DNA of 20,000 nt from an uncultured virus (IMG/VR IMGVR_UViG_3300042249_000005) (lineage: Duplodnaviria > Heunggongvirae > Uroviricota > Caudoviricetes). Both the position numbers and the translations under genes were made by a program. The stretch lies in the IMG/VR virus record IMGVR_UViG_3300042249_000005; one strand, given 5' to 3'. The notes under the pieces are model-generated. The model was not told the DNA's origin. It worked only from the letters and a program-made list of their open reading frames with translations, and searched no databases. Shown piece by piece: positions 1-12,300 of this stretch. Every line of letters begins with the position of its first letter. The first letter of the stretch is position 1.

Positions 1-321
1 GCCGCCGAAACGCCCGAGCAGCGCAGTGCCATTGCCGAGCAGTTGAAGATCCTGAATGGCAGCAACGCTGACCGCAAGGTATCCGACAACTACGTGATGG
101 TGGATCAGGTTTACACGAACGAGTACGGCCAGCCTGAAAAGGTCCGGGTAGCCATTGACCCGGCAAGCGGCCAGGTACTCGGAGGCGTCCAGCAATCACA
201 GAAATGGCCTCAGCCAACCAAGGCCAATATCGCCGCCCTGAAAAACGATCCCAAGAGCGCAGCCCAGTTTGACGCCATGTTTGGCCCCGGCGCAGCCGCC
301 CGTTATGGAGTGAGTCTCTAA
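1..321 (+). CDS. 3' part of a probable internal virion/DNA-ejection protein (truncated at window start)
   Basis: Frame is open from base 1 (AAETPEQRSAIAEQLKILNG...), so the TTG at 43 is unlikely to be the true start. Ends ...ALKNDPKSAAQFDAMFGPGAAARYGVSL. Stop TAA 319-321 overlaps the ATG of the giant gene. Product inferred from position only. Confidence 0.7.
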   Translation, partial: AAETPEQRSAIAEQLKILNGSNADRKVSDNYVMVDQVYTNEYGQPEKVRVAIDPASGQVLGGVQQSQKWPQPTKANIAALKNDPKSAAQFDAMFGPGAAARYGVSL

Positions 322-3300
322 TGTCGCAAAACCCCTTTAGTGATCCGAACTTTGGCAGTGAATTTCTGAGCGACGAAGAAAAGCAGTCGCAGGCCCAGAC
401 TCCGGCACCGGCTCAAGCTCAAACTGCCGCACAACCGACAGGCTTCAAGCCGCGCAGTACCAACCCGTACAGCGACCCCAACTATGGCGCAGAGGAAGAA
501 GGGCGCACATTTGGTGAAATTGCGAAGGATTCTGGTGCCGCTCTAATGCAAGGCTTCGCCACAATGGGGGGCGATATAGCATGGCTGGCGGACAAGGCAA
601 CCGGCGGCGTAGTAGACATTGGCTTCCAGAAAGCCGCCGACCGTGCTACCGAATACTGGCAGGACGCTAAAAGCGACAAGATGAAAGCGTCTAATCAAGC
701 ACTGGCCGAAGCCGAGGGCTTCACTGGTATCTTGAAAACAGCGTGGGACCGCCCCGAAGTGATCCCGGATATTGTGATATCCTCAGCACCTAACGCGCTA
801 CCGGTGGGTGCAATGTCTCGCGCCGCAAGAGCCGTCAAGGGCGCCAAGGCTGCAGTCGCTACAGCCATTGGTGCTGGCGGCGCACTGGAAGGCGCAAACG
901 CTGGCCGCGAGACTGAAAACAAAGTGCGCGATATGACCGCTGAAAAGCTGGCCGAAGTGTCGCCGCAGTATATGCAGTTGATCAACCAGGGTGTCAGCCA
1001 TGAAGAAGCGGCCGCTCAAGTGGCGAACCGCGCAGGCTTGACCGCCTTCGCAGTATCCGCACCGCTGGCGATGCTGGCATCCAAAGTAACTGGCGCTGGC
1101 AGACTTGAGGCTGACTTCTTCACCGGCAAGGGACTCAAAGGCTTCTTTGATACGGTACTGCGCGAGTCTGCCGAGGAGATGGCGCAGGAAGCATCCAACC
1201 CGTTTGGCTCCAACGTGGGCATCAAGACTCAGGTCAACCCGAATCAGTCGCTTGCCGAAGGCGTACCAGAAGGCGCTGCGCTGGGCTTAATTGCTGGTGC
1301 TGGTCAAGGTACCCCGATGGCGGCATTGCAGAGATTTGTGCCGCCAGCAAAGGTTCAGCCGACCCCGACCCAGGACAATCCCGATCCCGAACCTGTTGAG
1401 CGTCCCGATCCGAGCAATGGCCCGATCTCTGCCGCTGCCGCACAGATGGCGCCGGTACAGACCGCCGAAGATTTGGGTGTTCAGTTCCCAGAAGCGCAGG
1501 ATTGGAGCCAGTACGACCGCCCAGCTGTTCAGCGACAGCAGGACCGGCAGCCGCAGCGTGCCGATGATGTAGTGTCGCAGATGGTAGGTCAGGCCCGCCA
1601 GATAGGCGATGCTGACGCTGAAGTGCGCCTTGAGACTGCCAACCGTCTATACCGCACCATTGACCGGCTGATGAAGGAAGGCAACGAAGAGCAGGCTCGC
1701 TGGAATGCCTACCGTGCCGACCAGATCATCCGGGAGGTATCACCGCGACTGCCGCAGGCACAGCAGGCCGAAGGCGCACAGACAGCCGTCTCAACGCTTC
1801 CGGCATTGATCACTGATGATGGTGTCGATCTGCGCGATCTGGCCGCACAGGGGCAGGAGCGAGCCATTACCGGCGCGGCAGAAACCGCCGCCAAGAACCA
1901 GCTGATCCGCAAGACCGTGGATGACCAGACCTTTGCCATTGGCAAGGTGAACCAGCGCAGCGAGTATTACGGCAAACTGGCTGATCTGGCGCAGTCGCTG
2001 CCCAAGGGTACGCAGATGGTGGATGCAGCCACCAATGAGGCATGGAGCGTTCAGGCTAGCGAGAGCGGTGTCACACTAACAAATGACGCCACCGGCCAGA
2101 CCACTACGCTGCAGCAGAATGAAACCGGCACATGGACTCGTACTGGTGAAGTGTTGCCGCCGAGCGAGTTCAAGCTGCGCGGCAATCTGACACCAGCTGA
2201 GCAAGTTGGCACCCAGGCCCAGGGCGCAGAGCAGAAAAGAAACAGTGTGATTAAAGCAGGGCGTGATGATAAATACGGCATTGATGTGCAGATGAAGCGC
2301 GACAATGAAGGCTTTACGATCACAGAATCAGATCCGAATACTCAGGACGTTAAGATCACAAGCGGCATGGGTGGTGTGTACCGGAACGATCAAATTCTCA
2401 ACAGGGAGGGTGAGTTCGTAGATGCTCTCCAGATCGTTCAGATGGGTAATGCTACAGCAGAGCAAACACCATTCAGGGGCAGCAAAGATGAGATGAAAAA
2501 GGCTGTAGAGCTTGCTGCAGAAATAGAGTTTGCCAGAAAAACAGGGGATATGCAGAAAGTCGATTCGCTTGAATCGCAGCTTTCCGACTTGGTATCAGGC
2601 GTCAAAACCAAGCCCGCACCAGTACAGAAGAACATGATCGAGCGGGCGCTTGATCGACTGACCAGTGAAGGCGCAACAGGCCCGGAAGTAAATCAGCAGA
2701 TCGCAGAGCTTGAGCGTATCCAGCAAGGGCTTGCCAGAAGCGGCCGCACCGCCGATGAGGCGTTGGCGTATCTGGACAAGCAGGGGCGTTATGATCTGGT
2801 TCGTGCCATTGATCCAGAAGCGATCCGCCTTAGTTCGGGCAACAAACCGTTCCAGACAGAGGATAAGGCCAAAGCCTCACTCTACTTTGAGCAGAACAAG
2901 AAGTTTGCCAGCGTGGTACCGTATGGCGATGGCTTTGCCGTCCGGGTGGACAAGGCCCGCCAGAAGGAAGAGCAGCGCACTGGCCAGCAGGAAACCGCCT
3001 ATCTGCCGGACAACACCCCGATCAACACCCGGTTCGTGGTTGTGGATCTGGACGAGCTGGTGCCGTCCAATATGCCGGACGGTAAGATCAACCAGGCATA
3101 TCCTGGCGAGCTTCAGCCGCGTGACCGAACCAATGCCAACAGCATGGTTCAGGTGCGCAATATCAGCGCGAATCTCAACCCTGAGCGTCTTGGTAGCAGC
3201 CGTGATGCCAGCACCGGGGCCCCGATTGTTGGGCCTGACGGAGTGGTTGAATCCGGCAATGGCCGCACTATGGCTATTGCAGCAGCCTACCAGCAGGGCG

Positions 3301-6300
3301 GCGACCGAGCCGGTGCCTACCGCAAGTATGTGATCGAACAGGCCCGCCAACAGGGCATGGACGTTGATGCCGTATCCAGACTGAAACATCCGGTTCTGGT
3401 CCGCGAACGGATCAGCAGCATTGACCGGGCCGAGTTTGCGCGCCGGGCAAACGAAAGTCAGGTGGCTGGCATGACCGCCTATGAGCAGGCCATGTCCGAT
3501 GCTGACATGCTGAAGGCTGATGATCTCCAGCTGTGGGAACCGGACCAGTCAGGCGATCCGCTGGCGGCAAGTAACCGCGACTTCCAGCGGATTTTTGTGC
3601 GCTTGCTGGGCAACAATGAGGCAGCCAGATACACAACACGCAGCGGTCAGGCCAGCCCGGAGCTGGGTGCCCGGATGCAGCGGGCGGTGTTCGCCAAAGC
3701 GTACCGTGATGCCGATATGGTGGAAATGGTCACAGAACAGAGTGATCAAATGCGCAACCTGGTAGCCGCACTGCAAGAGGCGGCGCCTGATCTTGCGGTG
3801 GCCCGCGAGTATGGCGGACAGAATGCAGTTGCTGCTATCAGCACCATTAACGACGCGGTGCGCATTGTTCGCAAGTCCCGACAGGACGGCACCAGTGTGC
3901 ATGACCTGACACGACAGAGCGATGTGTTCAGCGAGCCAGTGCCCGAAACAACAGCCTACGTTGCAGAGCAGATCGACCTGAACATCCGCAGCCGACGGGC
4001 GCTGGCGGATGCCATGCGCTATATTGGTCATGCGGTGCGCAATGAAGCCGAGACCGCTATGAACGGCTCCCTGTTCGGGGATTCAGTAACCAACGAGGAC
4101 ATATTCGGTGCAGCGTTCAGACAAAATCAAGATAACGGTGACGGACAACAGTCACCTGAATGGGATGTTCCAGCAGGCATTCAAGAAGGCGAACAAAACC
4201 CGGCGGCAGGAGGATCGGAGCAGGAAGCAGAAGTAGAGCCCCTGCTCCAGTCCTACACCGAGGAGGAACTGGCCGAGCGTGAGCGGGAGCGCTTGGCCGA
4301 AGAGGCGCGCATTGCTGAAGAACAGCGCAAGACTGAAGAGAAGGCAGAGGCTGACGCACAGGTTGACGGCTTCACACTGTCCGGCTCTAATCGCCCGGCT
4401 GACGTTGCAGCCTCACAAGGCCAGCAGGATCTACTGGGCGGCGGCCAGGTGTCGCAGCCAGACCCAAATACCGTCAGTGAAAACTGGAAGGTTATTGGTG
4501 AAAACCTGCAGGGGCATGAAGTATCCGAAAACACTGTAACTGGTCTGCGTTCTTGGAAATCGAACAGTGGCTCAAATACCGAGCAGGGCCGAATCGAGGG
4601 TGATAACACCTACGAATCCGCAACTGATCAGGTTATTCGTAATCGCCGCGTTCAGTACAAGACTCGATCCGAGATTGAGGCCGAAAACGAGGCCGCAAAT
4701 CCGCCCAAAACGTCCGATGGCCGGGAGATTGTCGAACACACCACCAAGAAAGGCAGATTGTTGCGTGGCGTTATTGTTGAAGGCTTGAACCTCAAGCAAG
4801 CCAAGGCAATCGATCAGTACAGCTTCAAGAAAGGCAATGGCTTCTATATCAAGGTGGAGAATTGGGAGGCGCACCTTGCCGAGCAAAAACCGGAGTCCAA
4901 GCCAGAGCCGAAACCGGAGCCTAACCAGGAGACGGCCGTAGGTATCGAGCTTGATCCCGATGAGGCGCTAGGCGGTGCTACAGCGGATGGGCAGGTTACT
5001 GGCATGGCAGATAATGCGCCTGCAGCCGGTGATGATGGTAAAGCTGCCACTTTGCAAAAAATGGTTAGCAAGGGTGAAGGCGTCTTTAACCGCATGTATC
5101 AGTCATTGAAAAAAACGACTGAGACAGAGGGTGTTGATTATCTTGAATCACAAAGCACGCTTGGATTGAGTCAGCGCAAAAACCTTGAGGTATTCCTTGA
5201 TAGCCGTGGCTACTCACGCAAAACCAATCAGGCTGGCAGTACCCGCGTCAATGTAGAGGATAACAGTAACGAGCAGATTTCGATCACTTTCTCACCCGGT
5301 GGAAGTGCCGTTATGCGTGTGGCCAGGGGCACTGCGGAAGATTCGGTTGCTGTAGAGCAGGCCGAACCCGGCCAGTCTCAGCGCACCTACACCCAACAGG
5401 AGCTAAGAAACGCGCATCGCATGGCCGCTTCAGTCATGCATGGAAAGCTGAACGGGCTTAAAGCCTTACCGCTGCGACAGATAGCCAAGCCGTTTCTGGA
5501 ATCGCAAGGCGTACCTGTACCAAGAACCAAAGCGGAAACCATTGCGGCTGTTACTGATTTTGACAGGGTAAGCGCACTGGCATCCGTTGGTGTATTCAAT
5601 GTCGAGTTGAGCGACAGCGTAATGGGGCCGCTGCAGGCAGAAATGGAAGGCCGTATAGCTACGGAGCAGGCCGAGCCAGCACCTGCTGTAGATATCCGCA
5701 CCGAAGGCCGAGAGAACGCAACCGAAGCCGAGCAGGCGCAAGCCGAAAATCAGAGGCCACAGGTCAGCGAAAACACTATCTTCACCGAGGATGCCGCAGA
5801 GGAAGCACGCCGTATCCTCATGGCTTCGCTTGGCCAGGTGAACAGCGGTATCGATCCGAAAGTGATGCAAGCCGGGATCACCCTGGCTGGTTACCATATC
5901 GAGAAAGGGGCACGCACCTTTGCCGCTTACGCCAAAGCCATGACAAACGACTTGGGCGAGATGGTCAAGCCGTACCTGAAAAGCTGGTACATGGGCGTCA
6001 AGTACGACCCGCGTGCCGCAGGCTTTGATGGCATGGATGATGCTGCAACCGTGGACGCAGCGGATATAGACGCACTTCTCAGCGCACCTGCTACACTTGA
6101 AACAGAGGCCAACAGCCAAGAGGTAGGCGATGGAACAACTGAGTCCGAAATGGATCAGCCAGATCAAACTGGAGTATCAGCGACTGCAGAGGGACGAGGA
6201 GGTTTTACACAACCAAGTTCTACACAGACGGATACTCAAGACCTGGCGGGAACAGAGCCCGGCAATGTGGAGCCGACTGCGAGCGGCGAAACTGACGGAG

Positions 6301-9300
6301 GCGCTGGCGTTCGTGCTGCAACAGAGAATGTGGCAGATGACGGACGAACTGGAGGCAGCGGGGTATCCGCCAACGGACGCCCGCGAACAGGCGGAAGCCG
6401 AACACCTGATGCTGGAACCGGAAGCGGATCTGCAGCAGAGGGAGGCCGACCGACTGGAGGAAATGCAGCGCCGAAACCTGGCGTAAAAGATCCCGCATCC
6501 ACTTCACCGGCCTACACTGGGCCGGGTAACTATCACATCGACAATCCGCTTGAAGTTGTAGGCGGCGGCCAAGTGGCACGCTTCAACAAGAACAAGCAGG
6601 CTATCGAGCTGTTCAATGATATCCGCGACAACGGACGCACCGCGACCCGTGAGGAGCAGGATATTCTGGCCGGTTACACTGGCTGGGGCTCGTTCGGCCA
6701 AGAGCTTTTCCAAGGCACATGGAATAACCCGAAACCGAAAGCAGGCTGGGAAGCGCGTGATGCTTGGCTACGTGAACAGCTTGGTCAGGCGGAATGGGAA
6801 TCCATGCAACGCTCGATCACCAATGCGCACTACACTGACCCGCCCACAGTTATGGCTATGTGGGATATGGTCAAGCGCATGGGCTTTGAAGGCGGTCGCG
6901 TGCTTGAGCCCTCAATGGGTATCGGTAACTTCTACGGCATGATGCCGAGGGAGCTTAAAAACCGCAGCCAGCTATCCGGTATTGAGCTGGATATGATGAC
7001 CGGCGGCATGGCTCAGATGCTGTACCCGAATGCCAACATCAAGATCATGGGGTATCAGGAGTCAAAAACACCGGATGACTTCTATGACGTTATCATCGGC
7101 AACTGGCCGTTTGAGAACACTGCCATTGCAGATCGACGCTACAACAAGTTCAGTCCGATGCTGCATGACTACTTCTTCCTGAAAACGCTGGACCAGGTGC
7201 GACCTGGCGGTATCGTGATCGGTATCACCAGCAAGGGATCGATGGACAAGAAGGACAGCAAGATCCGCTCAGAACTGGCGAAGAAGGCCGAGCTGGTGGC
7301 GTCCTTCCGTTTGCCAAGTGGTGCGTTTGAGGAGTATGCGGGCACCAAAGTTGTGACCGATATTATCATCCTCAAGAAACGCGCAGAGCCGTTGGGAATG
7401 GCGACCAATGAGGGCTGGATTAAGTCGGTGCCATATATGACGCCGCAGGGGCAGGAAGTGTTCATCAACGAATACTACGCCAGCCACCCAGATCATGTAA
7501 TCGGCACCATCGAGTATGGCCACGGCACCACATTCAACCGCCCAGGCATGATCGTGACCCGGCCAAACAACATGGCCGAGCAGCTTCAGCGCATTGTGAA
7601 CATGGTGCCGCAGGGCGTATTTGAATCACGCCGAGTCGATAACAATGTCGCCTACATTACCAACCACACCGCCGACCGTGAGGGCTCACTTACACAACAG
7701 GACGGCAAACTGTATGTGGTGCGCGGCGAACACTTGGCCCCTGCAGAACAGGTGGTGAAGTATTCCGTCAAGTCCGAAAAGACAACCGCCGAGCGCGAGC
7801 AGCAGTTGCGGGATCTGATCGGCATACGCCAAGCCTACGCCCATCTGATTGAAGCCGAGAATGGTTTGTCAGGCAGCGACCCTGAACCGCTGCGTAAGGA
7901 GCTGCGCAAACAGTACAACGCCTTCACGAAAGCCAATGGCCCGCTGAATGAGTCCTGGGGGCTGCAGTACCTCAAACGCATTGACGACCCCTTCCGTCCC
8001 GCATTGGCGGCACTGGAGAGCGAGCGCAACGGCAAGACCGTCCCGGCTGCCATTCTTGAGCGCAGCACCATCCGCACGCCAAGGACGATTGATAATCCGA
8101 CTGTGCGTGAAGCCTTTGTATTGGCGCGAAACGAAAGCGTCAATCCAACACTGGACAAGATCGCGCAACTGTCCGGCAAGCCTGCTGAAGAAGTCAAAAC
8201 GGAGCTAATTGATTCTGGCGCCGTATTTGAACTACCAGGGGGTGATATTGTGCCGTCTGATATCTACCTGTCCGGCAATGTGCGAGAGAAGATGCGCCAG
8301 GCTGTTGCCGCGCTGGAAGAAGGAAATGCAGCGATGCAGCACAACATTGACGAGCTGCAGAAGGTGATGCCGAAGGATGTGCCTTACTTCAATATCGAAG
8401 CCCAGCTTGGCGCATCATGGGTGCCGACAGCGGTGTACGAGGAGTATGTCGCGCACATGCTGGATGCAGGCAGCACTGACGATATTCGCGTTACCTATGC
8501 TGGCGGCAAGTGGAAGGTGGACATTGCCAGCCGCCTATACCTGAACACAGCAGGCAGCACCGGCTTTGGCACGCCTCGCTACAACTTCAATAAGCTGGTA
8601 AACGCCGCCTTTGGTAACCAGACCGTGACCATTAAGGCCAAGGACCCGGACGGCAACGAGTTTGTAGACGAGGAAGGCAGCGCCGAAGTAAACGGCAAAA
8701 TCAGTGATATGCGATCCAAATTCAAGGAATGGCTGTGGCAAGACCCGGACCGTCGCCTGAATGTTGAACGCGAGTACAACGAGGTGCGAAATGCCTACGC
8801 CACGCCGCGCTTTGATGGCTCATTCCTTCGTTTTGATGGCATGGCACTGACGCTGGGTACTGGCCCGTTCAACCTACGTCAACATCAGGCGGATGCTATT
8901 TGGCGTGCGCTGGTCACGCGCCGTTCACTGAATGCGCATGAAGTCGGCACCGGCAAGACCTTTACCATGGGGGGTATTGCCATTGAATCCCGCCGCTACG
9001 GCATTGCCAAGAAGCCGCTGATTCTCGCTCATAACGCCAATAGTGCGAGCGTGGCGCACGAGATTGAGATGATGTATCCCGCCGCCAAGGTGCTGTATAT
9101 CGACAACCTTGATCCGAAATCTATTGAGCGCAAGATGCGCCAAATCGCCAACGATGATTGGGATGCCGTGGTATTGCCGCACTCACAGTTGAGCAAACTG
9201 GCATTGCGTGAAGATACCTTGATGGCGATGGCTCAGGAAGATATTGCCGATTTGGAACGCCAGGCGATTGAAGCCGCCGAGGAGGACGGGGCTGCGCTGG

Positions 9301-12300
9301 ATGTTGATATGATGGACGCCCTACTGGATGGCGATAAAACAGCCTTGAAGAAGGTGCGATCACCAACGGCCAAGGATCTGGTGAAGATGCGCAACCGCGT
9401 TATTGAAACCATCCGCAAGCAGGGACAGAAAGCCTCCAAAGCCAATGCAATCAGCTTTGAAGAGCTGGGTATTGATATGCTACTGGTGGATGAGGCGCAT
9501 GTATTCAAGAAGCCGCCCTTCGCCACCCGCATGAAGATGAAGGGATTGAACACCCAAGCCAGCGATGCGTCCATTGCGCTGAACTTCTTGGCCCGATATG
9601 TTCGCGCAAACAACAACGGCGGCAACATCCATCTGTTCACTGGCACGCCTGTGACCAATACCCTGACTGAAGTGTTCCACATGATGCGCTACATCATGAA
9701 CGAGGAAATGCAGCAGCAGGATCTGGATCAGTGGGATGGATGGTTCAACTCTTTCGCCAGTGAGGTGATGGATATCGAGCTGAACGGTGCCGGTGAATAT
9801 GAGCCGGTAACCCGACTGGCTGGATTCATCAACGTACCAGAACTGCGCAAGATGATTGGGCAGTACATGGATACGGTCTTTGCTGACGATATGCCGGAAA
9901 TGCAGCCGCGCAAAACAGCCAGCGGCAAAACCCTGTCCTCGCCGGACCTGACGGAGCTTGAACGTGCCGACCTGCTGAATGGCCGCACCGAGGGCGCCAA
10001 GGACCGACCATACAAGAAGGTGATCAACGAGTCATCGGACCTGTCACCAGAACAAATGGACGCATTCAACGAGGTCAAACGGTATGCACAAGCATTCAGG
10101 AACATGACCCCTCTTGAGCGCAAACAGGCAGCACAGAATGGCGAACCTGAAGCACCATTGATCTATGAGCGGATTGCAAATGAGGCGTCTTTTGATGTGC
10201 GTCTACTCAAGAAAGAAGAGCTTGCCGGACAGGAAGGCAAGGTTCCAGACCACCCGAACAGCAAAATTTCAAGAGCTATAAATAACATTCTGGAAATCTA
10301 CCATTCAGATGACCGCGCAACGCAAGTCGTATTTTCCGACACCGGTTTGCATAAAACCGGCAGTAGAAGCGTTGGTGAACCGGGTGAAAAACAGCAGATC
10401 ACCTTCCCGGCGTTCTCACCAATACACGATATGATCGAGCGGCTGGTGCAGGCAGGGATACCGAGAGAACAGATCGCACTCATAGCCGGGTCTAATACCA
10501 GCAAGGAGAAGCGCAAGGAGATCGCTGAAAAGATGAACCGTTCCGAGATCCGTGTTGTTCTCGGATCTACGGCTTCACTTGGTGTTGGTGTCAATATGCA
10601 GAAGAATCTTCGCGCTATGCACCACCTTGATGCTCCGTGGATGCCAGGGGATCTGGAACAGCGTAATGGCCGAGGCCACCGCCAGGGCAACCAGTGGAAC
10701 ACTGTGCTGGAATACCGCTATTTGACCGACCGAATTGACGGGCGCCGCTGGCAGGTGCTGGCAGTGAAACAGCGCTTCATTAACGCCTTCCTGAAAGCCA
10801 ACGAGGACAGTCGCATCATTGAGGGCGATGCCGCCTCTGATGATGGTTCCGATATTCTTGAATCCTTCTCTGAGGCCGCAGGTGATCCGCGCATCCTGAT
10901 TCGCAAGAAGATGGAAAGCAAACTGGAACAGATGCGACAGCGCCGCCGTTTGCACGATCAGGGGATGGTCGATGCCAAAAACCGTGTCGCTGGCCAGCGT
11001 GAAAAGCTGCGCCGCAATCAGGAGGAGGCTAAGCGTTTCGAGCAATCCGGTGCTATTGAACGCGCACAGCAGATTATTGAACGTAACGCCGGTGCCAATT
11101 TCACCATGAAGATTGGCGATCAGACCGTGACGGATCGCAAGACTGCGCAAGAGCTGATCGAGTCCTTTGTTGCTGAAAATGTGCGCATGGGGGACGCCTA
11201 CCAAGTATTCGGTGAATTCGATGGACTTCCGGTACAGATCGCACTTGAACAAAGAGCTGCGGTGCCGTACCTGAAAATGGACATCAACGGAATCGAGGTT
11301 AAGAGCAACAGCCAGAAGGTTATCACCCTGGAGAACGCGCTACGCGCCTTGCCGAAAACCTATAACGATCTGGTAGCTGAAAACGCTGAAACCGAACAGA
11401 ACATTCAGCGACTGATCCAGGTATCAAATGAGCCGTTCTCGCAAGAGAAGGAGCTGCAGCGCATGGAGCAAGACCTGGCCGCACTGGAGCAGGATATTCA
11501 GGATAACCCTGTGGCACCGCCGGTATGGCTACGCAACGGCGCACCACTGGAAACCGAGGTGCAATGGAAGGGTAAGCCGTTTGAAGTTACCGGCCACCGA
11601 TGGAACAGCGATGGATGGTTTGTACTGGCGAAGGACGCACGCGGCAGCGTAGTCATTCCGTACACTGAAGTGACCGACAACCAAGGGATGCCACTGTATG
11701 AGGAGCGAGAGTTTGAATCACCCGATGTTGTGACCAAGGATCAGGATCAGTCAGGCGATGATGCGATCATCAAGAACACGCCGCAATTCTCCCGCTCAAT
11801 CCCGCAGACCAATAAGCGCGAGCGCGAGGGCGTTGCGCTGTCGGCGGCGGGCGGGCAGGTGCCGGAGCAAAGTGGCGTGGTCCGCGTGATCTACCGGGGG
11901 ACCAACGATTCTGGCGAGCGCATCTCGGGCGGCATTGCGGAGGGCACGCTGTTCGCCGCGGCCGACGAGGCGACCGCCAGAAACTACGCCGGTACAGGCG
12001 GCAAGATTGAGCGGATTGGTGTCAAGCAAGACGCCAAGGTGCTTGTCGAGGGGACCAAGGAGTTCGCCCAAGTAACGGGCCGCAGGCGCGGCAAGCTGAT
12101 CGACACGATGCGCAAGGGTGAAAACCTCAAGACAGCGGCCGACGATGCCGCTGCCAAAGCGCGTGCTGCGGGGTACGACGCGCTTGAGTTCACATCACTC
12201 AAAGACCTCGGCATCGCGATCTTCAACGAGGACAAGTTCGTGCGCGACTATTCGCCGTCGCAGCAGCTCAACCAATCCCCCGCCTTCGACGGCCCCGAGG

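Noticed and set aside
2710..3333. 207-aa +1-frame ORF
   Set aside because: TTG start, R/P/S/W-rich, overlaps the conserved ParB core; looks like a frame artefact.
4887..4922. 12-nt triple repeat encoding KPESKPEPKPEP
   Set aside because: Ordinary proline-rich linker.
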